From the UHGV virus genome UHGV-0351052: DNA of 64,000 bases. One strand, written 5' to 3'. Under the pieces are notes generated by a model. The model was not told the origin of the DNA. It saw nothing but the letters and a program-made list of their open reading frames with translations, and did no database searches. Of the stretch, positions 31,321-40,758 are shown piece by piece. Each line of letters begins with the position of its first letter. The first letter of the stretch is position 1. Both the position numbers and the translations under genes were made by a program. The DNA comes from a virus.

Positions 31321-31494
31321 AGTATTGTAAAACATTCGATGCAATCGTTTATACTGTCGAATCATCTTTTTAGTAGGACGAGAATAGGTTCCTACGCAAG
31401 TGGTCATATGAGGGTCCGTAGAATGTCCTTTAATAAAAAGTTTCCAAACCTTACCGCCATTTAACTTTTCAGTATAAACCAATTCGGTTTTCAT
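31321..31494 (-). CDS. hypothetical small protein (58 aa, not in ORF track) whose 3-prime end duplicates the 3-prime end of pin
   Basis: Hand-translated MKTELVYTEKLNGGKVWKLFIKGHSTDPHMTTCVGTYSRPTKKMIRQYKRLHRMFYNT. Confidence 0.35.
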
Positions 31495-31530
31495 TAAAAT
31501 GTCCTGTCAGAAAAAGAATTTTGAGTTTTT

Positions 31531-32016
31531 TCAAGTATTGTAAAACATTTGATTCAATCGCTTATATTGCCGAATCTTTTGGTCAGAAAAAGAAATTTGA
31601 TTTTCAAGCCATTCAATGTATTCTGCAGCAGCTTGCATCAGGTTACCTTCATAGCCATCGTTATTTTCTTGCGCAGCTAATTTAGCTAATGCGTATGAAA
31701 TACGTTCACCTTGAAAAGAGGCTTTAGGCTTCTGAACAACTTGATTAGTTCTCTCTACAACTTCTTCAATTTCGCCATTTTCAACGGATTCAGTATTCCA
31801 TAAGCACCAATACGTAATTGGCTTATCATAGATATTAATAATCTTTCCGTCGGAAAGTTCAATTTCAATAATTCCAGTATCAGGTTCTATATCATCTTCA
31901 CATTCTTTTGCAAGTTCACGAACTTTAAAGACAGTACCTGCGCTAAGTTCCGGCCAGTAATTACACAGCCCTGTATCAGCACGATTAATTCTAAACCACT
32001 TATCTACTGTAATCAT
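31531..32016 (-). CDS. pin: Pin-like protein (inhibitor of host Lon protease)
   Basis: Start at internal Met gives 161 aa, the T4 Pin length; position downstream of 49. Confidence 0.55.
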   Translation of the reverse strand: MITVDKWFRINRADTGLCNYWPELSAGTVFKVRELAKECEDDIEPDTGIIEIELSDGKIINIYDKPITYWCLWNTESVENGEIEEVVERTNQVVQKPKASFQGERISYALAKLAAQENNDGYEGNLMQAAAEYIEWLENQISFSDQKIRQYKRLNQMFYNT

Positions 32017-32138
32017 GTTCCATCTCCATATCAATTAAGTCATTTATCGTTGGTTCATTATATACTGTTTCTTCATCAGTGTAAACCGGTTCTTCCGGCT
32101 CTGGCTCTACAGTTTCCCATCTAGCCGCCCACCAAGGT

Positions 32139-32348
32139 TTAACCCCGAAGCTTATTAAGTTCTTCATAATCAATCCAGGATTCTAATCCTGATGGCAAAT
32201 CAGATTCAATTTCCCAAAGAAGTTCTTCAATTTTATGAAGACGATCTAATTCTTCAACTGGAATAGTAACCATTGACGGAGCTCTTGCTGCATTAATATC
32301 GTAAATCATATTTACCCCAGTTTGACCATGCAATCGCCGTATTTCCAC
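32139..32348 (-). CDS. hypothetical protein (69 aa)
   Basis: ORF track. Confidence 0.45.
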   Translation of the reverse strand: MEIRRLHGQTGVNMIYDINAARAPSMVTIPVEELDRLHKIEELLWEIESDLPSGLESWIDYEELNKLRG

Positions 32349-32527
32349 TTAGAAATAGACTTTTCACCATTAGAATAATAAACTTCGAGTTTAGCGCGGC
32401 CATTTTTAATTTGAATAACCTTGGCTGTCATCAAAGTTCCATATCCATAGTAAACTGCAACTTCATCACCTACATATACCGCGCTTCCGCGGTAATCATG
32501 GATATAATCAGTTCCTTCAAGCATCAT
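32312..32527 (-). CDS. hypothetical protein (71 aa)
   Basis: ORF track. Confidence 0.45.
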   Translation of the reverse strand: MMLEGTDYIHDYRGSAVYVGDEVAVYYGYGTLMTAKVIQIKNGRAKLEVYYSNGEKSISKWKYGDCMVKLG

Positions 32528-32787
32528 TTAAAGTATTCCCGCAATTGGTCAAATCCACCAATATGACTTCCATCAGGAGCAAATACCTGAGGCATTGTCA
32601 AGCCGATTTGAGTATCACGACCTAGTTTAGCTAGAAGCTCAGCAATTTTCTCATCATCAAAAACACCTTTTTCCGGCATAATGTTGATAAATTCAAACGG
32701 CTGTTTTTTCACGGTCAAGAGACGTTTTGCATTATCACAATACACACATTTATGGATGTTGCTATCATAACCATATACTTTAAACAT
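32524..32787 (-). CDS. nrdC: thioredoxin/glutaredoxin NrdC
   Basis: 87 aa; CVYC redox motif; T4 NrdC length. Confidence 0.8.
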   Translation of the reverse strand: MFKVYGYDSNIHKCVYCDNAKRLLTVKKQPFEFINIMPEKGVFDDEKIAELLAKLGRDTQIGLTMPQVFAPDGSHIGGFDQLREYFK

Positions 32788-32788
32788 A

Positions 32789-33031
32789 TTATTCCTTAAT
32801 TCCTAGTACTTGTTTAAAAGTCTCGTCGTAATCAAGACTTTGGCCCGTTTGTTCTTTATGTTTGTATATAATATCACTTACTTCTGATAGCATATTTTTA
32901 TATGAACGAGTTAAAGCAGATTTAAGCACGCTGTATCTATCAGGAAATTTACCATGTTCATTATAATACGCTATTGCTAATTCACGGACTGCCTTTTCAG
33001 CAGCCTCCATATATTCTTTACGCTTTGTCAT
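32789..33031 (-). CDS. hypothetical protein (about 80 aa)
   Basis: ORF 32789-33190 trimmed to internal Met after upstream stop. Confidence 0.4.
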   Translation of the reverse strand: MTKRKEYMEAAEKAVRELAIAYYNEHGKFPDRYSVLKSALTRSYKNMLSEVSDIIYKHKEQTGQSLDYDETFKQVLGIKE

Positions 33032-33335
33032 TTTCTTCTCGGTCAAATCGGTGTTTACAATGGCGACATTTATAACGAAGATTACTAGTCTGCCAATGGA
33101 CCAATTGCACCTGTTCAGTTCCACATTCAGGGCAATTAGGAACGTTTTTAGAAGCACGTTCGCGGCGTTCAACCATAACCATAATGGCATCCCAGGCTGG
33201 AGGTTTAAAATCTAAATCATCACAACCGTGAATCTTTCTACGCATTTCCAGATTGTCTTCTTCACCAGCCATAATAATTTTAATTAGACTAGAATTACTT
33301 GAAGCTGCAATGTCTTCTAATAGACGCTTTTTCAT
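33018..33335 (-). CDS. zinc-ribbon protein (105 aa)
   Basis: CPECG...CRHCKH four-Cys motif. Confidence 0.5.
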   Translation of the reverse strand: MKKRLLEDIAASSNSSLIKIIMAGEEDNLEMRRKIHGCDDLDFKPPAWDAIMVMVERRERASKNVPNCPECGTEQVQLVHWQTSNLRYKCRHCKHRFDREENDKA

Positions 33336-34258
33336 TTCAATACCTCAATAGCATTACGTAAACCATTTGCTTTTGCATTAAGAGCTTTTAACAATTTGGT
33401 GTGTTCTGCAATTTGGGCTTCAACTTCAATCAAACGAGCATTGAGATATTCGCGTTCTTCACTCAGATTATCAGCCTTTTCTGCTTTAGGTTCTTTTACA
33501 ACTTGCTTATATGTATTAGGGTTCTTCAGTTTAATTAGAATGCGTGAACTGTACAGCATTGAACCATTATCTTCGGTTTCGTCATACATTTCCACTACGT
33601 CCATCATCTCCACCATCGTGCAGAGTTTATAAGACAACGAACGAATAATTTTGTTGTGCTTATTAATTTCTCTAGCTGTCATGGTGCCGAGATTACGTGA
33701 GTAATAATAAGGAACCTGGATATTAATTAATACTGATGAACCACCTGGCTTATGTGTTACTTCATCAGCAATAACCCAGTCCTTAACATGAACTGTATTT
33801 GTACGGTCATCACCAGCGGTAAATAGTTTGCGAGCATGCTTAAAAAGCATATTCACTTGGGTATTGAATTGACAAGCAAATTTATCAGCAAATTTAGTTT
33901 CAGGAATGGTAGATAACCAATCAGCCAAATGGGTCTTTTTAACATCGTTAACAATAGTAAATTCAACCAAATCGGTTATAGATGTTGTAGATTTAATGAA
34001 GCTTGGCTTCATAAAGTTTTTAATGTTATCGCGAGCTATAGTAGAAGATAACATACGAGAACGTTTAAACCATTCAAGCAAATTGCCTAACGAATGAGAA
34101 TAAGCGTTTTGAGTATCTTTACAGATATGATTTTCCTGGCCAACATATTGAAGGAAATCACGAAGAATATTATTAATTACTGCTCTGTGTCCGATCTGAT
34201 AATTGCGGGGTTTAGTAATAAGACTGTCAAAATAATCAATATAATGTTTACGAGTCAT
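33332..34258 (-). CDS. hypothetical protein with C-terminal coiled coil (about 308 aa)
   Basis: ORF 33332-34309 trimmed to Met with GAGGAG Shine-Dalgarno. Confidence 0.55.
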   Translation of the reverse strand: MTRKHYIDYFDSLITKPRNYQIGHRAVINNILRDFLQYVGQENHICKDTQNAYSHSLGNLLEWFKRSRMLSSTIARDNIKNFMKPSFIKSTTSITDLVEFTIVNDVKKTHLADWLSTIPETKFADKFACQFNTQVNMLFKHARKLFTAGDDRTNTVHVKDWVIADEVTHKPGGSSVLINIQVPYYYSRNLGTMTAREINKHNKIIRSLSYKLCTMVEMMDVVEMYDETEDNGSMLYSSRILIKLKNPNTYKQVVKEPKAEKADNLSEEREYLNARLIEVEAQIAEHTKLLKALNAKANGLRNAIEVLK

Positions 34259-34287
34259 AATAATCTCCTCAGTAGAAAGTAAGAACA

Positions 34288-34316
34288 TTATACCACATCC
34301 TTGTGGCAAAGTAAAC
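34288..34316 (-). promoter_or_regulatory. T4-type early promoter
   Basis: attata (TATAAT) 34288-34293 and gtaaac 34311-34316. Confidence 0.5.
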
Positions 34317-35338
34317 TAGTTCAGTGCATTTAGTGCATTGTTCAGTTTAGAACGTTGCTTTGTCAGATTTTGAACCCTTGACTGTGCTTGTTCTAACGCC
34401 TTTTCAGCTTCTAACACTTCATTAGTTGCTTTAACGAGTTCATCATCTACTGCTTTAAGAGACTTCTCAATCGCGTCAGCGTGCCATTTTTCTACAGGTT
34501 TAAAATTTGAATTTTCAGTAGGAAGAAAACTCACTTTATTAAGTTTACATGCATCTATATTGCTTGAGCTATACATCCAAAATTTAGGATCGTTTGATAA
34601 GTAATTGGATAAATTTAAGTTATCTTGCACTTCCTGCTTTTTCTCTTGCGGGACTTCATCCTTTCTCAAAAAATCATATTTAAATGAAACGATCATATCA
34701 AGTTCATACGTTGTTGTATGTTCCCAATTTCGCTCAAAATGAGGTAAAATCTTAGACTGAACAGCGGCAACAACATCCATATACTTAAATGCTTCTGTCA
34801 ACTGCGATTTAAGGCATTCACAAATTGAAAGAGAATTTTTTGTATTAGGTTTAAAGCTAATTCGTGCAGTTCTGTTATTTTCTTTTAATGGTCTTACTTC
34901 CATCTGAAGAGTATAACCATCAAATTTCAGGTTCTTTAAGTTAATGTCAGAACCTTTTAATCGACTAGCCGTCGACAAAATTTGCTTTAATTGTTTACGG
35001 AATAGAGCAATAAATCTCCATTCAATACGATAATGATTTGGATTAAAAAATCCAGATGATAAATCAACCTTACTTTGACCAACGCCTTGAACAAATAGAG
35101 GATTTTTATAATCAATAGTTTTACAGAAATCGGTGAGCTGCTCACGAGCAGTCATTTGTGTAATATACCCTGCTTTACTAAAATTACGCACCCATTCACT
35201 GCTATTCGTATACTTAAAGTGATGAATAACACGATTAACTTTATCAGGGTCTAAATTATTTTCACACAAAAATGTCATAACATCACGAGTATAACTGGCA
35301 TTACGAACCATATCTTCAATTTGAGAACGAGTTTTCAT
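34316..35338 (-). CDS. hypothetical protein with C-terminal coiled coil (340 aa)
   Basis: ORF track. Confidence 0.55.
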   Translation of the reverse strand: MKTRSQIEDMVRNASYTRDVMTFLCENNLDPDKVNRVIHHFKYTNSSEWVRNFSKAGYITQMTAREQLTDFCKTIDYKNPLFVQGVGQSKVDLSSGFFNPNHYRIEWRFIALFRKQLKQILSTASRLKGSDINLKNLKFDGYTLQMEVRPLKENNRTARISFKPNTKNSLSICECLKSQLTEAFKYMDVVAAVQSKILPHFERNWEHTTTYELDMIVSFKYDFLRKDEVPQEKKQEVQDNLNLSNYLSNDPKFWMYSSSNIDACKLNKVSFLPTENSNFKPVEKWHADAIEKSLKAVDDELVKATNEVLEAEKALEQAQSRVQNLTKQRSKLNNALNALN

Positions 35339-35346
35339 AGTGTTCC

Positions 35347-36255
35347 TTAAGATTTAAGTAAATCAACAATTTTAATTAATTTTTCACGCTCAGATTTAGC
35401 TTTACTACTCAGTCCAGATAGTCTGAAAATTTCATCATCATATTGTTGAATAGAAATATTCAGCTCTTCAATCTGCTTATTAAAATAATCAATTTGTTCA
35501 GAATGTTTTTCGTTACTACGAACTGGTACAGGGTTTGTAGGCAATTTAGTTGAACTGGATTCATCCGGGCGATAAATTAAAATACAACTTGAACCAATCG
35601 GGCATTTAGCACCAGATGAATATTCTAATGTTCCAGCTTCTTTTAAAACTTCAAAAGCTAAACAGAGGTGATGCCCCATATTAACATAATCTGTAGAGCG
35701 AGCTCTGATATAATAATCATCGCCCCTAGTACTAAATTTAAAGCATTTAAGGTCTTCTGTATTATTAGTTTTAAAAATCATTTGTTTATCTAGACCTTTA
35801 GCTAATCGAGCGCCTAATGCTAATAATCGTCGTTGATTTTCCCACAAATCTGCGATCATTTGGTCAAATGATAATTTCGGCATTAGTCGGCCATAAAGGT
35901 CATATCCTTTATTATAATTGCGAAGGATTTCACTCGCATTAATACGAGACAATGCTCCAATTTTATTAAGGGCTTTCATAATGCGATTAGATAAATCCAT
36001 TCCAGACTCGTGTGTTCGCTGCAAATGTTTTTCTAATCCAAATCCAATATCAACTTTAAATTTATCTAAAATTTCAGCATGAACATCTTTGTCAATAACA
36101 TTCAAATTCAGAGTTAGATTAAATCTATGAAAAAATTTATCTGGCTCTCCACGACGAAGTACAGTCCATTCATTCAATTTTTTATTAACTAAAGATTTAA
36201 TTACTGTATTGACATTATTAATTGCTACTGACATATTTTCCTCACTCAATTTCAA
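35347..36255 (-). CDS. hypothetical protein with C-terminal coiled coil (302 aa)
   Basis: ORF track. Confidence 0.55.
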   Translation of the reverse strand: MKLSEENMSVAINNVNTVIKSLVNKKLNEWTVLRRGEPDKFFHRFNLTLNLNVIDKDVHAEILDKFKVDIGFGLEKHLQRTHESGMDLSNRIMKALNKIGALSRINASEILRNYNKGYDLYGRLMPKLSFDQMIADLWENQRRLLALGARLAKGLDKQMIFKTNNTEDLKCFKFSTRGDDYYIRARSTDYVNMGHHLCLAFEVLKEAGTLEYSSGAKCPIGSSCILIYRPDESSSTKLPTNPVPVRSNEKHSEQIDYFNKQIEELNISIQQYDDEIFRLSGLSSKAKSEREKLIKIVDLLKS

Positions 36256-36649
36256 TTTTACTAAATATACAGAATAAGATGGAACAGACTATATAAGCAC
36301 CACACACAGATTGAACTAATACCATTCCAAAGAACCAAACAATATTATCAAACAATGTCTGTTTTACGTCGAAAGGACGTAAACTTACAGTAATATTATC
36401 ACCTTTTTCTATTGAAGAATACATCTCTGGTGAAATATATTCACTAAATCTATAACCGTCTTTGAGTTCATATACGGCAATAAACGATAAACTAGACCCC
36501 TTTCCTTGAGTTCCTGTAAGGGTATTAACTACAGTAACATCATAATCTTTATAATGCATATAATCATTAATTGCGTAATAACCATATGCAACTACTACAC
36601 ATAAACAACATATCAATAAATTCAATCTTTTAATTATCAGCTGTTTCAT
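36242..36649 (-). CDS. hypothetical membrane protein (135 aa)
   Basis: Two hydrophobic segments. Confidence 0.5.
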   Translation of the reverse strand: MKQLIIKRLNLLICCLCVVVAYGYYAINDYMHYKDYDVTVVNTLTGTQGKGSSLSFIAVYELKDGYRFSEYISPEMYSSIEKGDNITVSLRPFDVKQTLFDNIVWFFGMVLVQSVCGAYIVCSILFCIFSKIEIE

Positions 36650-36678
36650 AATAATCTCAATTAAAAGGGCTTAGAACC

Positions 36679-36706
36679 ATTATACCATCCTTGGTATAAA
36701 GCAGTT
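36679..36706 (-). promoter_or_regulatory. putative middle promoter (MotA box TGCTTTA plus extended -10 TATAAT)
   Basis: minus strand reads aacTGCTTTAtaccaaggatggTATAATgg. Confidence 0.4.
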
Positions 36707-37232
36707 ATGCGAGTACCGTCTTTAACCGTTCTTCAAACTTCCGAAGAGTATTTTGGCGTTCAGCTCTTTGCTTTTTGTAAGTTTCAATACGCTCTGAAAT
36801 GAGAGTGTATCGTTCATTTACTGATTCTTTCATAAAATCAGGAATTTCACGAGAAGCTTTAATCTCGTCAAATTTATCAATAACAGCTTGCTCTTCAGCA
36901 ATTAAGTTATCATACATCAAAATATCTTTCTTGATGAACTCAATATCTTCTTGAGTTACACGAGATAATTTAGATGCTTTATCCTTTTTGTACTGTTCGT
37001 TAGTATCACGAGACCAGTGTAATGTACGATTTTTATTCGTATTCTTGTAAATTTCTACAATACCAATCTCATCAATAATAACGATCCAATTCCAACGGGA
37101 TTTGTAAATTTGTCCTCCATCAACCGTGATTTCACCTCCGATTGAGATGTCATTAAAGAACTTGCTTTGTGCTTCTGATTTAAATTTACCATCGTTGTAA
37201 TTTACCAGGTTGAAAATATCTTTAGCGTTCAT
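36705..37232 (-). CDS. hypothetical protein (175 aa)
   Basis: ORF track. Confidence 0.5.
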   Translation of the reverse strand: MNAKDIFNLVNYNDGKFKSEAQSKFFNDISIGGEITVDGGQIYKSRWNWIVIIDEIGIVEIYKNTNKNRTLHWSRDTNEQYKKDKASKLSRVTQEDIEFIKKDILMYDNLIAEEQAVIDKFDEIKASREIPDFMKESVNERYTLISERIETYKKQRAERQNTLRKFEERLKTVLA

Positions 37233-37254
37233 TTTGTGTTCCTCCGTAGTTGAT

Positions 37255-37290
37255 AGTTGTATAGTACCACAGAGGAACGATCTTGTAAAC
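37255..37290 (-). promoter_or_regulatory. T4-type early promoter
   Basis: gttgtatagtaccac -10 region and gtaaac 37285-37290. Confidence 0.55.
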
Positions 37291-37292
37291 CA

Positions 37293-37607
37293 CTAAAAGA
37301 AACTTCTTTCACAATTTTTTCCACTGAACCAAGCGCTCACTGCTTTCTTAGTCTCAGGAGCAGTGTTATCCATAAACCATTCAAAGGCAGCCTTTTTATG
37401 ATTCTGGAGGGCTTCTCGGGCTTTAATCTGCTCACGGTCTATTAACACTAACATATGAGCCTTTCTTGTCACCAGGGGCTTCTTATGATTTTTTGAATAC
37501 TCCCAATCATTTGTCCATCGCATCGTTGTTGCGAATTGAAATACTGCTTCTTTAATTTTAGTTTCGTAAATTTCACGAGCCTTTGAGTATAACATCATTA
37601 CCTCCAT
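37293..37607 (-). CDS. hypothetical protein (104 aa)
   Basis: ORF track. Confidence 0.5.
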   Translation of the reverse strand: MEVMMLYSKAREIYETKIKEAVFQFATTMRWTNDWEYSKNHKKPLVTRKAHMLVLIDREQIKAREALQNHKKAAFEWFMDNTAPETKKAVSAWFSGKNCERSFF

Positions 37608-37697
37608 TTACCAGTTTAATTCTAGTCATCTTTTTAATGGCAGTCCATATAATCTATTTCTGAACTGCCTTTTTGTCTTAGAAGTCCTCTTATGAAT

Positions 37698-38678
37698 TTA
37701 TTTCAGAAGAGTAACCTCAGCGATTTCTTCCCAACCGTTTTTGTCGGTCATAATGAAGTCAGCAAGATAAAGAGCAGTACGCAGTGAAACATTACGTAAA
37801 CGGTTAACATTGACTTTCATCCATGATAATGCTTTATAAGTTTCTTCATCAGAAAGACCACGCTTTTGCATCATGTCGGTTGAAAGAATAACATCTTCAA
37901 CCCTGACCATAATTTCTTCATTAGTGTGAACACCCAAATCCAAATAAACTGAGCGGGACACTAATGCTTGTAAATGTGGAGCAAGTTTAGTACCACGGTC
38001 TAATTCGCGGTCAATATCAACGTTTGTGATAAAAACAATCGTTCCTTTAAATTCAAACTCACGCTCAATGCCTTTTTCTTCTAAGTAAGAAGATGCGGTG
38101 CTCCAGCAGACTTTACGGGTCTCTCCGGTGTCCAGAGCAGCTTTCAGAAGATTAAGAATGTCCATATCAGAGAAAACATCCACATCATCAATCAAAAGGA
38201 CAGAATTCTCTTCACGATTATTCCAGAGCTGTTCATAAAGACCGATACCAGAGATTTTACCGTTAATGCTTTTATATTCAATGTATCCATTATCATTTGC
38301 TTTATTTAAAGCTTTATCTAAAGAATACGTTTTACCAATACCCGCCGCACCAGAGATAATTAATGAACGAATGTTTCCGTTAATAATACCATTCGTCATC
38401 ATTCCCATAACATTAAATCTTTTATTAATGCGGGTTTTCATATCTTCATATGATTCTTTAACTTCTTCAACTTTTACACCATCATATGAAATGTCTGATT
38501 TGTAAACCCAAACACCGCGACGCTTACCGTCAATTTCAACAAAAACTTTACCATCTCCTTGCGCATCTACCGGAGCATTATCTGGGAACCATTCGCCTAA
38601 GAGCTCAAAAGTTCCAGAGATTTCTTTACCGAAGTAGATACCCTTATTGATAGTTACAGTTTTCATTTTATTCTCCAA
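37698..38678 (-). CDS. P-loop NTPase (Walker A GAAGIGKT, Walker B LLIDDVD), unknown function
   Basis: Motifs read directly from translation. Confidence 0.6.
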   Translation of the reverse strand: MENKMKTVTINKGIYFGKEISGTFELLGEWFPDNAPVDAQGDGKVFVEIDGKRRGVWVYKSDISYDGVKVEEVKESYEDMKTRINKRFNVMGMMTNGIINGNIRSLIISGAAGIGKTYSLDKALNKANDNGYIEYKSINGKISGIGLYEQLWNNREENSVLLIDDVDVFSDMDILNLLKAALDTGETRKVCWSTASSYLEEKGIEREFEFKGTIVFITNVDIDRELDRGTKLAPHLQALVSRSVYLDLGVHTNEEIMVRVEDVILSTDMMQKRGLSDEETYKALSWMKVNVNRLRNVSLRTALYLADFIMTDKNGWEEIAEVTLLK

Positions 38679-38700
38679 TTTTACATTTGTTTTGATAGGG

Positions 38701-38732
38701 TAATAGTATCACACTACTACCCTACTGTAAAC
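38701..38732 (-). promoter_or_regulatory. T4-type early promoter
   Basis: taatagtatcac -10 region and gtaaac 38727-38732. Confidence 0.5.
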
Positions 38733-38735
38733 AAT

Positions 38736-38999
38736 TTATTTTAACGTTCGCCAAATTTTTACTGCTTCACGGCGAGATACTTCTACAGCTCCAAGTTCTA
38801 CAGCTTTTTGGCGTCGGCGAGCGTGTAAGTCATAATGTTTAATGCGTTTATCTTGAAACCAAGAACGTTTCATTCCTATTGCTTCTGCCATTTCATGAAG
38901 CTCTTCAATATCTCCATCAGTGAACATATGACAATTTTTAGTTGGATGACCGCGAAGTTTCCATCCATGATTCATTAAAACATCTACGTAAACTGTCAT
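38736..38999 (-). CDS. DUF4031-like small protein (87 aa)
   Basis: MTVYVD...HMFTD...ELHEMAEAIG...W pattern resembling the DUF4031 family as remembered. Confidence 0.45.
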   Translation of the reverse strand: MTVYVDVLMNHGWKLRGHPTKNCHMFTDGDIEELHEMAEAIGMKRSWFQDKRIKHYDLHARRRQKAVELGAVEVSRREAVKIWRTLK

Positions 39000-39145
39000 T
39001 GATTCTTCTCCAAATAAGTTTCGATAATTTTCTGAGCGAGATAAACTGCATTATCTTCAGTTGCATCTTCTAAGAAACTTTCAAAACACTCTGAAATTTC
39101 TTCTGTGTCAATCAACTTTTTTACTTCAATTGGTGTAATTTTCAT
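38996..39145 (-). CDS. hypothetical small acidic protein (about 49 aa)
   Basis: ORF 38996-39214 trimmed to Met downstream of promoter. Confidence 0.4.
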   Translation of the reverse strand: MKITPIEVKKLIDTEEISECFESFLEDATEDNAVYLAQKIIETYLEKNQ

Positions 39146-39180
39146 TTTGTTTTTCCGTTTAAGTGTTTGTTTTGATAGTT

Positions 39181-39212
39181 GTATAGTACCATAAAGCTTT
39201 ATGCTTGTAAAC
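39181..39212 (-). promoter_or_regulatory. T4-type early promoter
   Basis: gtatagtacc -10 region and gtaaac 39207-39212. Confidence 0.55.
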
Positions 39213-39242
39213 AACTTTGTGAAAAATTTTTGAAATAAAAAA

Positions 39243-39260
39243 GGGAGCCCGAAGGCTCCC
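39243..39260 (-). terminator. UUCG-tetraloop hairpin terminator
   Basis: gggagcc-cgaa-ggctccc directly downstream of the nucleotidyltransferase ORF. Confidence 0.6.
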
Positions 39261-39262
39261 TA

Positions 39263-40276
39263 TCATTTATAATAACTTCGGTGGTTTTCAAGATAGACCT
39301 TCTCAAGGAAGTCATCCCAGAAACTCATGTCTACTGTTTTAGGCATACCGTTCTTAGAAGCTTCAGTAGATGCTGCTTCTACTTGATCGACCACATCTTC
39401 CAAAAACTCTTGAACTGTTTTAAATGGATGTTTACCCAACTTCACGTCGAGAATAAATGGAGCGTCTTGAAGTGGATAAACCAAGTCACCAGTTTTGTAA
39501 ATTTCCAATAGTTGGAGTCCACCGCGACAAGCATGGCTCAGAGCTTTCCAGTCAATGCCTTCGTTGGCTTCGGCCTTACGAGCACGTTCACCATATTCAG
39601 CATCTAATTTGTTCAGTGACTGCTTAAGCTCAATAAGAGAAAGCGTTGTCTGATATTTACGACCCAACACAGTGTAGAACATTTGTGGGCCTGTTTTCTC
39701 ATGATTATGGAACACCCATTCACAGAATTCGTTTTCTGGAAGACGATGCTTAATATCTTCAACTTTAGTACGACGCTGCTTAATGGAACCGTCTTCTTGG
39801 TAATCAACCCATTGCTCAGGGATTTGATTAACTACTTTCAATACATCGCGTAATGCAGCCAAACGAGAACCCTTGACACCGTATTTAGAAGCTTGCTTGC
39901 GGACATATCCTAAATAGGATTTCATGTTAGTCGTATAAAAACGAGAACGGTTGTCTTGAATAAACTTCCACACATCAGGCAAATCGGATTTAACCACTAG
40001 TTCAGGTGGAGTGTGAAGCATATCCAACGCTACAGTTTCACCATCTGCTGCTAATTTAAAGAAATATTTAAGACTGTATAGTTCATGGTCAATATCATCT
40101 TTAGTGTTTTTAGATGATGTGTTGTTGGTATTTTTACTCATATGCTCTTTAACATTTCCGATAAGAATATCACGAGCAGGAGGAACAAAGATTTCTTTAA
40201 AATCTACATCAGATTCTGGGGTAGAAGTTCCATAAAGATGACTACCAAAATAGCTTTTCATTACTGTTTTCATCAT
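39263..40276 (-). CDS. Pol-beta-superfamily nucleotidyltransferase-like protein (337 aa)
   Basis: N-terminal GSHLYGTSTPESDVDF (GS ... DxD) signature. Confidence 0.55.
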   Translation of the reverse strand: MMKTVMKSYFGSHLYGTSTPESDVDFKEIFVPPARDILIGNVKEHMSKNTNNTSSKNTKDDIDHELYSLKYFFKLAADGETVALDMLHTPPELVVKSDLPDVWKFIQDNRSRFYTTNMKSYLGYVRKQASKYGVKGSRLAALRDVLKVVNQIPEQWVDYQEDGSIKQRRTKVEDIKHRLPENEFCEWVFHNHEKTGPQMFYTVLGRKYQTTLSLIELKQSLNKLDAEYGERARKAEANEGIDWKALSHACRGGLQLLEIYKTGDLVYPLQDAPFILDVKLGKHPFKTVQEFLEDVVDQVEAASTEASKNGMPKTVDMSFWDDFLEKVYLENHRSYYK

Positions 40277-40758
40277 TTAGCCTTATATTCAATAACAGGA
40301 CATACTTTAGCTTTACGAGCTTTTAAAAATTCGACGATAATAGATTTCTTGGGTTGAATAGGCTCAAGTCCATTTTTGATTCGTTCTTCGTTTTGTACAA
40401 TGAACTCAATTTCTTTATTGAGCTTTCGGTCGTTATATTTGTCTAACAACCAGGAAGGACCAATTACCGCCCCGACAGCAATAAGAACCATAACCGATAA
40501 TGCTAAAATGCCTATACCAATTGAAGCCGGAACTAATGTCCATAGACTACTAAAGACAAAGAATTTAATTAAAATTTCTTGGCCAATTATTGCGGCACCT
40601 GCTAAAGTTGCAAATCCAACAATTGAAACAGCTAATACCGGGAGAAACGTTTTCCAAAAATAAGCACATAACGTTTTTGGACGATTCCATGTGCTATTAA
40701 ATGCCGAGTAAATTTTATAGTGCCAAGAGTTTTCATTAATAATCATAATTATAATCAT
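40273..40758 (-). CDS. hypothetical membrane protein (161 aa)
   Basis: Multiple hydrophobic helices. Confidence 0.5.
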   Translation of the reverse strand: MIIIMIINENSWHYKIYSAFNSTWNRPKTLCAYFWKTFLPVLAVSIVGFATLAGAAIIGQEILIKFFVFSSLWTLVPASIGIGILALSVMVLIAVGAVIGPSWLLDKYNDRKLNKEIEFIVQNEERIKNGLEPIQPKKSIIVEFLKARKAKVCPVIEYKAK

